From Nemertoderma westbladi (lineage: Eukaryota > Animalia > Xenacoelomorpha), in NCBI GenBank assembly GCA_032718475.1, contig JAUCBJ010007765.1:1-64000 (forward strand): a DNA stretch of 64,000 nucleotides, read 5' to 3'. The notes below the pieces were generated by a model, which had not been told where the DNA came from, did no database searches, and saw nothing but the letters and a program-made list of their open reading frames with translations. Position 1 is the first letter of the stretch. Each line of letters starts with the position of its first letter. The translations under genes and the position numbers were made by a program. Below, in pieces: positions 37,950 to 50,944 of this stretch.

Positions 37950-40280
37950 TGTTACCGGATGAGTATGCTTTTGATACTCAGGAATTTGAAGGGATTGATA
38001 TTTCGCATGTTAGAGACAGTAGTGTGACTCGTCCTTTATTATCTCTCATGGCAGGCAGGTGCCTTCTTTCTCTATGTAAGGCAAGAGAATATTCAATGGC
38101 CGAGTAGGCCTAGGTAGTGTGATAGGGGAGTTGGCAGCTGTACTTAATTTTGTAATGCTGGGAATAATAGAGTAGGATCATCGCTATTTGACTATTGTTT
38201 AGGTAGACCTGATTGCAATTTTTCAGTTGATAATCCTAATGTTTTCTCACACCATGTATCTCTTTCAATTTCATTAAGAGGTTCCGGTCCCAGTATTGTG
38301 GCTCAAAGTAATTCAGATTATGTTTTGCAAACCTCATGTAAAATGCCTGAAGAAAAGGCTAGAATCTCTTAGAAGAATTGTGTAGGATCAGAGGATAAAT
38401 TTCGGGCAGAATTAAAATCATATTATGCATCTGGTGTTTTGGATGACGTTAATGATTTAGCTACCAGTACTGATTTAAATAGTGAAATAATTAATTTAGG
38501 GGCTGACAAGTTAACCACCCTTATTTTCAACTGTGCACAGAAAGTACCACCGGCACCGAAACACATTTCTAAGGATCATATACATAATGGTGCTAGGTGG
38601 TTTAATAATGATTGTGTTGTTTCTAAAAGTAAATTTAGTAATGCGCTTAGTGATTGGCGCCGTGCCCGTTTCGATCTAGCGCTACTTAATTTGCAGAATG
38701 CAAGGAAAATTTATAAAAAAAACTCTCAGACAGGCAGGTGTTGTGTACGGAAAGGTAGAGTCCACTAAATTAATGAGGCTGGGTCTAAAAAATGTTAAAA
38801 TGTTTTGGAATAAACTTAAAAATTCTTGTACTACCTCCAAGCTCCAAGGGCAAGGCTATGCCAAGTACCGAGGAGTTTGAAAGGTATTTTAAGGACTTGT
38901 GTGGTGGAAACTCGGATATTGAAGATATGGGGACTAGCCATAGCCAATCATAAAGTTTTAATGTATCTGATAGTAACTCAATGTTTGAGACATATATTTG
39001 TCAACCATTTGACGAGTCTGAAGTGGCTGCCGAGATGAAGAAATTAAAGTTGGGGAAAGCACCCGGTGAGGACATGATTTTGAGTGAATTTCTGGATCTT
39101 TTTAATGTACAGCTTTGTTTACAGGTAATTTCCCAACGGGATGGACCACTACTGGTCTTATTAAACCATTGTATAAGAACAAAGGCAGTCGCTTCGACCC
39201 GACAAACTTTCGTGGTATTACTTTGCTTTGTATTATTGGTAAATTGGTTACAACTATTTTAAACAATAGGTTAATCTGGTGGACGGGGTGTTTTGGTATT
39301 ATAGTGGAGGCCCAAGCTGGCTTTCAACTAGCGGAGAAGGCTAGTAAAGCTTATTTTTCTCTTTGGAGGTATTTTATCCAGTTCCCGTGCATTTCTTTTC
39401 CATTTGCTCTGAAATTATTCAATAGCTTAATTAAACCGATCCTTATGTATGGTGCTACGGTGTGGGGATTTCATCCCGCCACGATATTGAGCGATTGCAT
39501 CGAAAATTTATGCGTAACTATTTGGGTGTTAAAGAATCGATCCCGAATGTCACCATTTATGGTGAATCGGGGGAGTTCCCATTATCTATTGATAGGAAAG
39601 TTACGATTATTAAATATTGGTTACATATTTTGGGTATGGTTGGGTGCAGGTTACCGGTTCATGCATATAATATGCTCCTCAGTCCTCAATGATATTTCTG
39701 TTAACTATAATACCATTAATTTGGCCTCACGGGTGCGGGATATATTTCACTCTACTGAATTTAGTGACGTCTGGGTCAACCAGGGTGTTAGCGATAAGAA
39801 ATGGTTCCTATTGGAATTTAGACAGAGATTGAGAGATCAGTTTATTCAAGAATGGTGGAGTGCAATAGATTCCTCATCTAAAGGTCGATTATATTTTGTG
39901 CATTCTTTAAATATGATGTCATATTTAGATATATTACATGACCATGTAGTGTTACGGCGGTTCATTTCTAAAATATGGTGCTCCTCGCACAATTTAGAAA
40001 CTGAACGGGGGGGGGGGGGGTGGGGGTGTGGTACAATACTGACTGTAGTGACCGTTTATGTTCTATGTGTAACAGCAATTTTGTGGAGGATGAGCTACAT
40101 TTTTTGCTCGGTTGCCGGTGTTACGACGACTTAAGACTTCAATATCTGGGTGAATATTTTCGAGACAGCCGGGTTTGTTAAAACTAAAGCAGGGTGAATA
40201 GTTACCTTTCGGGCAGTAATGCTGCCAAGATACGAATGATTGGTTTATTTATTTACAGAGCCTATCTGCGACGTAGTCTC
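37950..40280 (+). mobile_element. Decayed APE-type LINE (RTEX-like), RT core deleted
   Basis: KLKLGKAPGEDMI, LIKPLYK.KG...P.NFRGITLL, EAQAGF joined directly to post-RT LFNSLIKPILMYG..VWG; C-terminal SHNLETE.G..C..C..VEDE.HF..C motif. Clade call tentative. Confidence 0.8.
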
Positions 40281-40384
40281 TTATTGGGTCAATTGTAATT
40301 TTGTCATTCAGCAAGAGACTTCAATTTGCATTGCTTTGTGCTATTATGTAATTTTGGTATTAGGTGGAGTTATCATCACCCCAC

Positions 40385-41370
40385 CATCTTTATGATGATC
40401 TAAGGACATGCGTAGAACATAGTCAACCACAATTATGAACAAGAATGGTGCAAGTGTGTCTCCCTGGAGGACGCCCCATAACACTTCAAATGGTTCCGTG
40501 TCACCGTCAACAGTAGACACAAATGTTGTCGAACCATCGTATACTGATCTGATTGCTGCAATAATTTCATCAGGAATCCCATATAATGAAGTATGCTGAA
40601 CATACGTGAGCGAGAACGAGAGACTGAATCAAAGCCCTTAAATCAAAATCAAAGGGTTAACTCTGCCCTAATGTGCCTAAGAGGCTCCCGTAGACATAAG
40701 ACTGGCCGGCAAATGCGATCGGTAGCAGAAACTGGGGTTATGTCTGCTGCTGCGGAGGCTGGGTGCACTTAGTTCTAGTACCCCAACCATACTACATAAT
40801 AATAATTTTAGTTATATTTCAATCCCGGTTACAGCCAATAATTACTGTGTATTTAGTGTTTATTATGTTATAAAAAAAAATACTTAAAGTTGCGATTCAA
40901 TGAGATGCGAGAAAAAAAAAGAATCAAAGGCCTTGAAGAAGTCAACAAAGATAACAGTCAGATGCCTGTCTTTCTTTTTTGATAACTCTTCAATTATCCC
41001 TTCTAAGTGCCAAAATGGGCACCATGGTCCCACGACCTTTACGGAACCCATTCTGATTTCCACGGAACAGTCTCTCAATGGGATCCCTGATGCGATTTAA
41101 TAGAATTGTATTGTATAGCTTTGCAGCAATCGAGATCAATGAGATTCCCCGAAAAGAACCATAGAGTGTTAGGTTGCCCTTCTTGGGAACTGGCACCAAC
41201 TTATTTGTTTTCATTTCTTGTGGGACTCTTGTTGTTCGGTATCGGTACATGTCTACTATGATGGGATAGTTGAGCTTTAAACACCCAGGTATTTAAAAGA
41301 CCTCAGGGGGAACACCATCTACTCCACAGTAGGACTGGCACGATTGGTCGTAATGCTCTTTGCAGCGGCC
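40385..41370 (-). mobile_element. RTE-like LINE fragment, inverted
   Basis: LVPVPKKGNL...FRGISL.SIAAKLYN.ILLNRI, NQNGFRKGR, FVDFFKAFDS, GVLQGDTLAPFLF on the minus strand. Confidence 0.88.
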
Positions 41371-41633
41371 ACTAGCCGCTGCCGCTCTTCGCTCCTGTCA
41401 CGTATCATGGCCTAAAGCCGATGAACATTTTGGCATATGGTTGATGACAATTGAGTGAAAAATGCAAAAAAAAGTTTGTAAGACTCTTTCTTTCATTTTG
41501 CCATATAGTTCGCAATATTTTGATTCAGGTTGTTTACATAGGTTAGGATAGGTATGGTTACAGTGTTATACCACACAGAAAGCTTCATAAGTGAAGGAAA
41601 TTTTTACTTTAATTTTTTACTGCGTATTTTCAG

Positions 41634-41768
41634 TTTGCGAAGAGCGTGAAGATCTGAGCGCCCACTGTGGTTTTTGGGCATCAGACGGACAGTGCCAGGA
41701 AAATCCTAGGTATATGTATAACTACTGTCAGACCAGTTGCAACAAATGTGGCGATAAAGCAACTAATG
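41634..41768 (+). CDS. Exon 4: ShKT domain 3
   Basis: VCEEREDLSAHCGFWASDGQCQENPRYMYNYCQTSCNKCGD; TTTTCAG| and G|GTAATT, 135 nt, phase 1-1. Confidence 0.9.
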
Positions 41769-41896
41769 GTAATTGGATAAGTATTTTGATTATTTAAATA
41801 ATTTCATATATTTATTGGTCAACAATATTTGTATACTACAGTAACTGTATAATATATTTTGCAATTTTGCAACATAAAACGTGTACTATTTACCAG

Positions 41897-42418
41897 AACC
41901 CACTACAGCCGAACCAACTACAGCCGAACCAACTACAGCCGAACCAACTACTGCCGAACCAACTAAGGCCGAACCAACTACAGCCGAACCAACTACTGCC
42001 GAACCAACTACAGCCGAACCAACTACTGCCGAACCAACTGCCGACCCAACTACAGCCGAACCAACTCCTTCCGAACCAACTACAGCCGAACCAACTACAG
42101 CCGAACCAACTACAGCCGAACCCACTACAGCCGAACCAACTACAGCCGAACCCACTACAGCCGAACCAACTACAGCCGAACCAACTACTGCCGAACCAAT
42201 TGCCGACCCAACTACAGCCGAACCAACTCCTTCCGAACCAACTACAGCCGAACCAACTACAGCTGAACCAACTACAGCTGAACCAACTACAGCCGAACCA
42301 ACTACAGCCGAACCAACTACAGCCGAACCAACTACAGCCGAACCAACTACAGCCGAACCAACTACAGCCGAACCCACTACAGCCGAACCAACTACAGCCG
42401 AACCCATAGAAACCATAG
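41897..42418 (+). CDS. Exon 5: (EPTTA)n mucin-like stalk, about 33 repeats of 15 bp
   Basis: TTTACCAG| acceptor, AG|GTAATT donor, 522 nt, phase 1-1; variation between units is mostly synonymous in the EPTTA frame. Confidence 0.85.
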
Positions 42419-43226
42419 GTAATTGGAAAGCATTTCAATATTGACTATTTTGTTTTATTTGCTGAAATGCATTATTTATTCCCGACTGCCGTTTACCACA
42501 ATATGTATAATTTTGCAAGTTTCAGCAAGCGAGGTCAATTAGCGAGGGGTAATAATAACTATCCTATAATTGTCATTATTACCGAATTATAGTGGGAGTT
42601 TCAAAATATAAGATTTTTTGCTATTTTATCCGGGTGCGAGATTTTCCCACTTGCTATTTTATCCGGGCGCGAAATTTTCCCACTTGATGACTCTTGATCT
42701 ATGATTAAACTTAGTCGCTGACACTCGGGAAGTTATACTGTACATTACGGGGTCGGCGAGAAATATAGCACCACATTTTCCCCATACCTAATAGTTTTTA
42801 GTCGATTTATTTAAATATATAATTTATGTAGCTGGCTAACTCCCGAAAAATATCATAACAAAGACAGTTGAAGCGATGAAATTATTAATGCATCGCGGAG
42901 GTATTCAATATTCTTTAACATAAAGTGCTTCTGTATCTGTATAAATTAAATTTATTCTGTATATGGATATTTCTAACACAATCAATTTATGTCATTTTAA
43001 TAAAGATAACAAATTTGTTAATTTATTCTAAATTGTTAAAGATCACAAATAACTAAATATAGGAATCAAATTAATTATCATTGCTCTGTAACTTTCTGAA
43101 TTTCTCAGTTTCTTGTAATTTCCAAGTTTTGTTAACATCAGTAGTTTTGACGATTGTGTTCTAAGATATTTTCATTCCTAATATTTCTCAATTGTGTTAT
43201 TCAATATCATTTATATTTTAAATTAG

Positions 43227-43405
43227 TTCCGTTCTATCGTTATTGGAACGGGAGAAGTAATCATTACTATACAACCAATGCTGATGAGATCGGAACCACT
43301 ACACCCGGAGAAGTCGGAAATTACGGATACATTTCGGAAGGGATAGCGGCATACGTACATAATCAACAAGTTTCAGGAACCGTTCCGCTTTATCGCTATT
43401 TTTGG
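43227..43405 (+). CDS. Exon 6: DUF5648-like repeat domain (first part)
   Basis: VPFYRYWNGRSNHYYTT..EIG..GYISEGIAAYV..GTVPLYRYFW; AATTAG| acceptor phase 1, TGG|GTGTGT donor phase 0. Confidence 0.85.
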
Positions 43406-44029
43406 GTGTGTATACTTTACAGTACGTCTACAGCAACTTGGGGGTTTGAATTCACAGAGTCATTACCAAATGTAAAGGTACAGTAGTAGTACTGTAGCTG
43501 AGGAGGGGGGGGGGGGGCAGGGGCGGGTGGGTGTTAATGATGTTTGTGTTGGTGTGTGGGTAGACGCAGAAGTCTCCTTCCCAGTAAAAAGTACAGATGG
43601 GCCTACCGATCGAACCGTATTTCAAATTTATTGCGATCTTATTTGTAGAAAATTAAGAATGAGGTGGGGGGGGGGGGGGGGGTGGTGTTAGGTTTAGCTA
43701 CAGTCCGTTAATACACTACTAACTGTACAGGGGGGGGGGGGGGGGGGTGGTGTTAGGTTTAGCTACAGTCCGTTGATACTCTACTAACTGTACAAGTATA
43801 TTAAAGATCTGCAGCCGGTGTTTCGCCGGACAGTACCACCCAACGACCCTTACTAACAGTGAGTGATACATTGGGTTATTTGTGACATGAATTAGATAAA
43901 TCTATAATAATTATGCCCAACTCAATGAAAAAGTGCAGGAAAGGTCACCGTAAACAATAATAATTATTGATGAATTTCAAATATGAAGCTTTTATTGACA
44001 AATACAAATAAAATATGATATTATTTCAG

Positions 44030-44302
44030 GGTGATGGATATGATCATTTTTACACCATTGATGAAGAAGAAATTGGAACAATTGAGTATGGTGACGACTA
44101 CATTAATGAAGGTGTAGCGGCTTTCTGTTACGACACCCAAGTAGCAGGTACCGTTCCTTTGTTACGGTACTGGCATAATTTGATCGTGGATCACTTTTAC
44201 ACAACGGATGCGGATTACATCGGTTCAACCACGCCTGAGGAGGTTGGCCACGACTACGTATACGAAGGAGTGGCCTGTTACGTGTTTGGGACATTTGAAT
44301 AA
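44030..44302 (+). CDS. Exon 7 (terminal): DUF5648-like repeats 2-3
   Basis: GDGYDHFYT..EGVAAFCY..GTVPLLRYW..DHFYTT..YEGVACYVF*; TTTCAG| phase 0; AATAAA near 44329 and 44453. Confidence 0.88.
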   Translation, partial: GDGYDHFYTIDEEEIGTIEYGDDYINEGVAAFCYDTQVAGTVPLLRYWHNLIVDHFYTTDADYIGSTTPEEVGHDYVYEGVACYVFGTFE

Positions 44303-45675
44303 GTCTACTGTAGATTTAACTGAAAATGAATAAAGAACATTTTACAGAGGGAATTAGTACCAAATTACACGGTTTTAGTTCAGTCAATCTGGCATAAAAC
44401 TCGAAAGAAATTGTCATTCTTCGATATCCAAATCGAATTGTTACGTTTCAGGAATAAATATTAAACCTTTTTTTATACAAATATACATGGGATTTACTTT
44501 TATTCAGTTACTTTTATTCCTGAAAATGGAGGATTTTCACTTTCAAATATATTTACTTTTATCCCAGAAATAGCGGTTGTTAATTGTATTTTCTGTCAAA
44601 CAATTTTTTTCCAACAAATATCCAATAAACTTAGTCAAGTTTTAATTTAATATGATTGGGGGCTACCAGACAACCCCCTAAACAATAACAATAACAAAAT
44701 TCAGATTTATGATTTATAACTTATTAGGAGCACCACTACTTAGGAGCACCACTACAGTAGTCTACAAACACTATAATTATGCTTTTATTCCAAAACGTAG
44801 CCCATAAATTTGAGGATCTCTAAAAAAAATTTGGGACTGTACAATTTTACATTTCGTAGTAACAACAATTCTTAACACAAGTACAATTATACTAAAAATT
44901 ATAAATGGTTCGAAAAAGTTAAGTTGCTTTGGAAACTACAGTGCATACAGTTTGTGCAGATTTCTGTAAAGAAATAAATTGGACTAAGGTTGTCTTGGTC
45001 ATATTTGAGAAATATCCCACCAATAGTAATCTTGTTGCTATGTAAAACAATGTCGCTAAGGACAAATTATGAAATTGAAGGTGATTCACTTAGTACTGTA
45101 TATTTATATATAGACTATTTTGAAGTACATTACAGTAGGCCTATAGGCAAGATAAAGTTCGAATCCAAAAAAAATGGTTTGAATGAATTATGATTTAGAC
45201 CAGTGTTGCTCAATGTTTTCCCTAGATTGACTGAACTATAATGTAGCTTTTGGGTGACTGTATATTTAAAAAAAATTGGTGTTGGATGTTAGTGTGTAAT
45301 ACATTCCACTCTGTATCATTGGGTATCAGAAATTATAATTGTTATTGCAGTTATAATATTGATGTCTCGATGAAGGAACTGCCTTTAGCGGGTGGTTGGT
45401 TGGTGGCGACAGTACCAACAAACGTAGCCAGTCCAGGAAAAAGTCATATGGGTAAATTACAAATGATATTTAAGTTATCAATCAAAGTAAATGACACTAA
45501 ACATAAGGAGTATGATAATTCGTAATTCGGAAGTAAAATATCACCACAATTCCATATACAGAGGTAGGTCTACCACTACAAGACCTGTGCAAACTCGACA
45601 CCGTTGCGTTCACTATCCTAACAATGTGTTATCCTTTTTGTGTTCTTGACGGATCAACCATTAACCACGGAGTTT

Positions 45676-45781
45676 TTATTTTTTGTGAACGCCAAGTTGC
45701 ACACCGCATACAGGGCAATAATGGTGGACATCTTTAAACTCATTCACCAAGAGCGGTATAAGACAACAACATGAACACCAC
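45676..45781 (-). CDS. LITAF-domain protein, terminal exon
   Basis: TTGCAG|G TGG..: WCSCCCLIPLLVNEFKDVHHYCPVCGVQLGVHKK* carries the HxCxxC half of the LITAF zinc domain. Confidence 0.9.
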
Positions 45782-45940
45782 CTGCAACACCAATAATGAA
45801 ACTACAGTATATGAGTAGTAAAGTGATTGGTGAAAGTGCGTCATAAGTCAATAAGTCTACAGTAGTCAGGCCTCTGAAGTTAAAACGAATGTCGTGGGAT
45901 CCATCATCAGGTATAATGATGGTAAACCTGATCGACTTAC

Positions 45941-46055
45941 CCGATAACAAATAGGGCGCAGCAGGCGTGGCAACTGAGATCTCCAAGTTTGTGTTTCGTA
46001 GTTGTTTTAATTTTACAGTTACAATACGGGCATTTAACTGCTACCGAACGGGGTC
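45941..46055 (-). CDS. LITAF-domain protein, middle exon
   Basis: TTTTAG|GA..GG|GTAAGT: GPRSVAVKCPYCNCKIKTTTKHKLGDLSCHACCALFVIG (CxxC plus hydrophobic segment), phase 1-2. Confidence 0.9.
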
Positions 46056-46170
46056 CTAAAATACAAGGATATAAAAATAGCGATAATACTGTAGATATAT
46101 GTAGCATCAATCATTCAATGTCAATCGATTCAAGATTTAAATTTACATGAATATTGAATATGAAACTTAC

Positions 46171-46221
46171 CAAGGTATGTGACAGGTTCCGGTTTTTTTG
46201 TCATTTCTAATACCTTCGGAC
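46171..46221 (-). CDS. LITAF-domain protein, upstream 51-nt exon (candidate ATG at 46204)
   Basis: TTTCAG| and TTG|GTAAGT; reads PKVLEMTKKPEPVTYL in frame with the next exon; further upstream exons not located. Confidence 0.7.
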
Positions 46222-46639
46222 CTGAAACAGTTACAAACATACTGCTGAAATAAACTATTGTAACATCATAATCTTGATTGTGACACCGCGCCATATGTTT
46301 TTTTTCAATATCCTCGAGGCATTTTATTTACCGAACGCCAGCGAGGTTAATAAAGTGTGATAGTGAAAAACAGTTCGACGTTTTACCTTTTCCCCATGTA
46401 ATAAATAATTATATTATTTTGTTTTTTCTCCAAGAAAATAAAAAAAAAAATAATATAAAATACAAAAAATTATTTCACTTCGTCAATGTTCAAAGCTATC
46501 AAATGCGTTATTGGCAAAATTTCATCACAAAAAACATTGTAAAATTATTTGTATTATTATTATTAAAGTATTTTTATAGCGCCAATAATACGCATTGTTC
46601 TTGGCGCTACTCCTTACAGTAACACATGATAACGGGAAC

Positions 46640-48060
46640 ATTAGTGGCATTTATTCTGGTTTTAATTGGTAGCCAGTGGAGATCTATGTGGTCCGACTTC
46701 CTTATGCCACACAACAATCTAGCTGCAGAATTTTGAACACATTGTAACTTTTTGATAAGCTTTTGGGGCAAACCATAATATAAGGAGTTGTTTAAATCTA
46801 GTTTGCTGCTAATAAAAGCGTGAATGAGAGTCTCAAGTTCTCGTCTCGGAAAGAAACGTCTCACTTTGGCCAAGTTTCTAAGATGATAGAAGGATTTACG
46901 AACAACCAAGCAGATGCGTTTCTAAAGAGTAAGGTGTGCATCCATCATCATGACACCGATGTCCTCGGTGCATTCTACAGATTCGCCGCCAATATGTACG
47001 GCTAGTTGACTTAGCTGAATACTAAAAAGCGATTTCAATAACAGTGTTTCAGTTTTCTCAACGTTTAACATATCTTAAACATTCTTCAGTTAGTTTAACA
47101 TTGGAGTCAATATCGGTCGGCTTAAACGCAACATATATTTGGGTATCATCTCATCATACAGTACTGTATATGATAGGAAAGTGCATACTTATGTATAACG
47201 GAAGTTAGTAAACGGGTATAAATGCTGAAAAAAAGCGGACCCTATACTGACCCCTGTGGTACACCGAATCTCAACAACTTTTTTCCTGAAAACGAATCTC
47301 CAATAGGGACCTGCTGTGTGCGGTTAGCTAAATACAGTAGGACTCGAACCATTTCAGAGCAGCTCCTCGGACACCAATATCGTTTTCAAGGATCTTTAGC
47401 AGAATGGAGTGCTCGACCGTGTCAAACGCGGCGCTTAAATCCTACATCATAATTGAGTTGAGATAATGTCTGGGAGACCTCAGGTGACCAAAAAGAAAGG
47501 GTAACAACAGTTACGAGCTTTCACCCAACAGGGCTTCTTCAGGTAAAATAATATACGAATATACAGAGAGGGAAGACTGCACCAGTATACAGAATGCAAA
47601 GAAACCTACATCACCAACATGACTGCCGAACCGTCATCAATGCTGCGATACACATGATTGTGAACCCGGAGAAGTGCCGACTCTACGCTATGGTGTTCTC
47701 TATTGGCGCTCTGAAAAGGATCATTCAGAGAATCCAGGTTTGAAATTGGTCGGAAGTTGTTCAATACAGATATAGCATATAGAGATATATATGCATATAG
47801 AGATACTGTAGTTTTTTTAATTTCAATGGATCCAGTACTGCATTTTTAAATAGAACTGGCATTGTTGATGTTGTTAATGATAGATTAATAAATCAGTGTA
47901 GGCCTAATGATAGGAAACAGGATGCTCAGTGAGTATTTCAGCAAGCTAGTTGGGAGAAGGTCACAGGGGCTTGTCTTAATTTGGCGCTCATTTGCCAATT
48001 CTTTAACTTCATCCTCAGTTACTGTTCGATAATCCGTTAATGGTATGCCAGTAAACTTTA
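46640..48060 (-). mobile_element. L2-clade LINE fragment (decayed)
   Basis: FYHLRNLAKVR..LETLIHAFISSKLD..NSL.YGLP..KLQCVQNSAARL, GVPQGSV*GPLFF, NFRPISNL motifs. Confidence 0.85.
47511..47546 (-). ncRNA. Minimal type I hammerhead ribozyme motif (Penelope-like element type)
   Basis: Minus strand TTAC-CTGAAGA-A-GCCC TGTT GGGT-GAAA-GC-TC-GTAA: stem I TTAC/GTAA, stem II GCCC/GGGT, palindromic AGCT stem III, UC cleavage site. Confidence 0.65.
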
Positions 48061-48359
48061 ACTCATTTGGATCATTATTTATCTATTTTTTCATCATTAT
48101 TTATTTCATTGTCATCATAATTTATTTCATTGTGATTGGTATTTATCTCTTTATTTAACAGATTTTCATCATTGACACTATCAATAGTTTCGTTCTCTAT
48201 CTATATGTGGCGGTGCATATAGAAAGGCGTTATTCGCAGAAACAATGTTTCTGAGAAAAACGCATTTAACCCTTTCGCGCCTAATTAAAGATTTTATGTG
48301 TTCCCCAAAAACTGAAATCTCTCGGTATTTCTGGCAGTTTGTCTGTCAAGACTTAACAA

Positions 48360-49730
48360 AGAATAAAATCTACTTTAACATTCTCGCTATGGGGGTTTTA
48401 AGGGTTGGTGATTTAATTTCTGATGTCAATTTTTACGACGTCAGAAATCTAGGCTGTCTGTGTATGTTTGTATGTCTGTTTGTCAGTCTTTCTATCAAAA
48501 AATAAGGAAGCATATTATGTAATAAAAACATTCGCCATGGGGGTTTTCCAGGTCTCTGACTTTATTTCTGATGTTAGTTATTACGACTGACCAACTCTAG
48601 GCTGTCTGTGTCTCTACGTCTTAAAAAATGTCTGTATGTGTCAAAAAAATAAGGAAGCATATTATGTAATAAAAACATTCGCCATGGGGGTTTTCCATGT
48701 CTGTGATTTTATTTCTGATGTCTTTTTTTTTACGACTGACCAACTCTAGGCTGTCTGTGTCTGTATGTATGTCTGTCAGTCTTTCTGTCAAAAAAATAAG
48801 GAAGCATATTATGTAATAAAAACATTCGCCATGGGGGTTTTCCATGTCTGTGATTTTATTTCTGATGTCTTTTTTTTTACGACTGACCAACTCTAGGTTG
48901 TCTGTGTCTGTATGTATGTCTGTCAGTCTTTCTGTCAAAAAAATAAGGAAGCATATTATGTAATAAAAACATTCACCAGGGGGGTTTTCTAGGTCTCTGA
49001 TTTCATTTCGGATGTCAGTTTTTACGACTGACCAACTCTAAGCTGTCTGTATCTGTATGTATGTCTGTTTGTCTGTCAGTCCGTCTGTCTAAATAATAAG
49101 GAAGCATATTATGTAATAAAAACATTCGCCATAGGGGTTTTCCATTTTTCCGATTTCATTTCTGATGTCAGTTATTTCGAGTGACCAACTCTAGGCTGCC
49201 TTTGTCTGTATGTATGTCTGTCAGTCTGTCTGTCAAAAAATAAGGATGCATATTATGTAATAAAAACATTCGCCATGGGGGTTTTCCAGGTCGCTGACTT
49301 TATTTCTAATGTCAGTTTTTACGACTGACCAACTCTAGGCTGTCTGTATCTGTATGTATGTCTGTCAGTCTGTTTGTCAAAATATAAGGAAGCATATTAT
49401 ACATACAGTCACAGTGAGTGGTGAGTCGAGCAGACGTGAAAACTGACATCAGAAATGAAATCAGAGACATGGAAAACCCCCATGGCTAATGTTTTCATTA
49501 CATACTGTAGTATGCTTAACTGTCAGACAAACAGACATACATACAGACACAGACAGCCTAGAGTTGGTCAAACGTAAAAAAAAATTAACATCAGAAATGA
49601 AATCAGCGACCTGGAAACCCCCATGGCGAATGTTTCGAATGTTTCTGTTACATAATATTCTTCCTTATTTTTTGACTGACGGACAGACAAACAGACATAC
49701 ATACAGACACAGACATCCTAGAGTTTGTCA
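48360..49730. repeat. ~140-bp tandem repeat (about 7 copies) followed by about 2 inverted copies
   Basis: AAAATAAGGAAGCATATTATGTAATAAAAACATTCGCCATGGGGGTTTTCC... units; orientation flips near 49420. Confidence 0.9.
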
Positions 49731-50944
49731 TTTTATAGCTGTCAGCACTTTTCGTGCACCATATTGGGTGACAAAAAGTGTAATTTTTCACATCTGGGTA
49801 ACCCTAAAACATGTTACATTGTAATCAGCACCTCAAAAAACCCCATATGGTAAATTCCACGTTGTCGGACGTTATGGACATTCTCAATTTTTGAATGTTT
49901 TTCTTTAAAATTACAAAAATACTTGAATTTTCGACATCAGATTGCGTTTAATAAATGAGACTATTTATTAAACTTTCAGAATAACATAAATACTCTGCAT
50001 TGGGAAACGTTACTCTTCTCGTGCAGATTACTTTTAAAAAAGTGTCGGCCAAAATAGGACACTTTTTATTGTACATATTATATTTTTGATTGCATTTAAT
50101 GCCGAAGACTGGTATGTTATCATTGTTGGGCTCAAATTGTAGCTCAACTATTCTATTTTTTGAAAATGTTTTCATAATTTCATTGCATATCTTCTGTAGC
50201 CGATATCTCCAATTCAAAGTTGTGCGGAATGGTGTCGGACGTTACGTGTCGGACCTTGCATAACAATTAGCAATATTTAGCCACCTCTGTCGACTTTAAT
50301 TTTCGTCTTTGGAATGTATTCTACATATCACTAGAACCGCCTTCATCTACAGATTCTGAATCTGAAAACCATTTTAAATTTCACCAACACTTGCCAAATA
50401 TATTATCAAAATACTAAGGTGTGAATTTTGAGTCGAAATCGCAGTTATTGAAAAGTATTTTTATTTATTTATGCCTTTACACTATACACTGCAATTTAGA
50501 CATTAATTACGGTACATTAAATACGGCAGTGATTTTTTATGTCCTTTTATTTGACTTTTTTTGTCCTCCTTTTTTTACGAATTGTGCATAATGACCTTTG
50601 TTGTCCTTTTAATGACTTTTATTGTCCTTTTAATGACTTTTTATGTATGTATTTCTTCAAACTGTCAGACTGCTGATTTCTGGACTGTCACACAGTTGAT
50701 TTCAACATGCCTATGCCAAAACATTCAAAATTTGTTGATTTCTGGTCTGTCGGACAGTTGGTTTCACTATGCCTGTGCCAAAACATTCCATGATTCCACG
50801 ATTTATAGACTATGAGAGAGAATTCCATATGCGCCTGTGGTAAAAGACTCTAAATTTAATAGTTTGTGGTTGTTGTCGATAATCGATTACCACATGACGT
50901 AGCAAAACACTCATTTTATAGCCAAAAACAATTACCAATTGATG

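Noticed and set aside
41867-42438. Alternative frames of the 15-bp repeat (QPNQL, GSAVV, FGCSW)
   Set aside because: Only the EPTTA frame fits the splice phases and shows synonymous variation.
43500-43800. Poly-G tracts and a ~66-bp duplication as G-quadruplex regulators
   Set aside because: Similar G/C homopolymers are scattered through the window with no positional pattern, and homopolymer lengths are error-prone.
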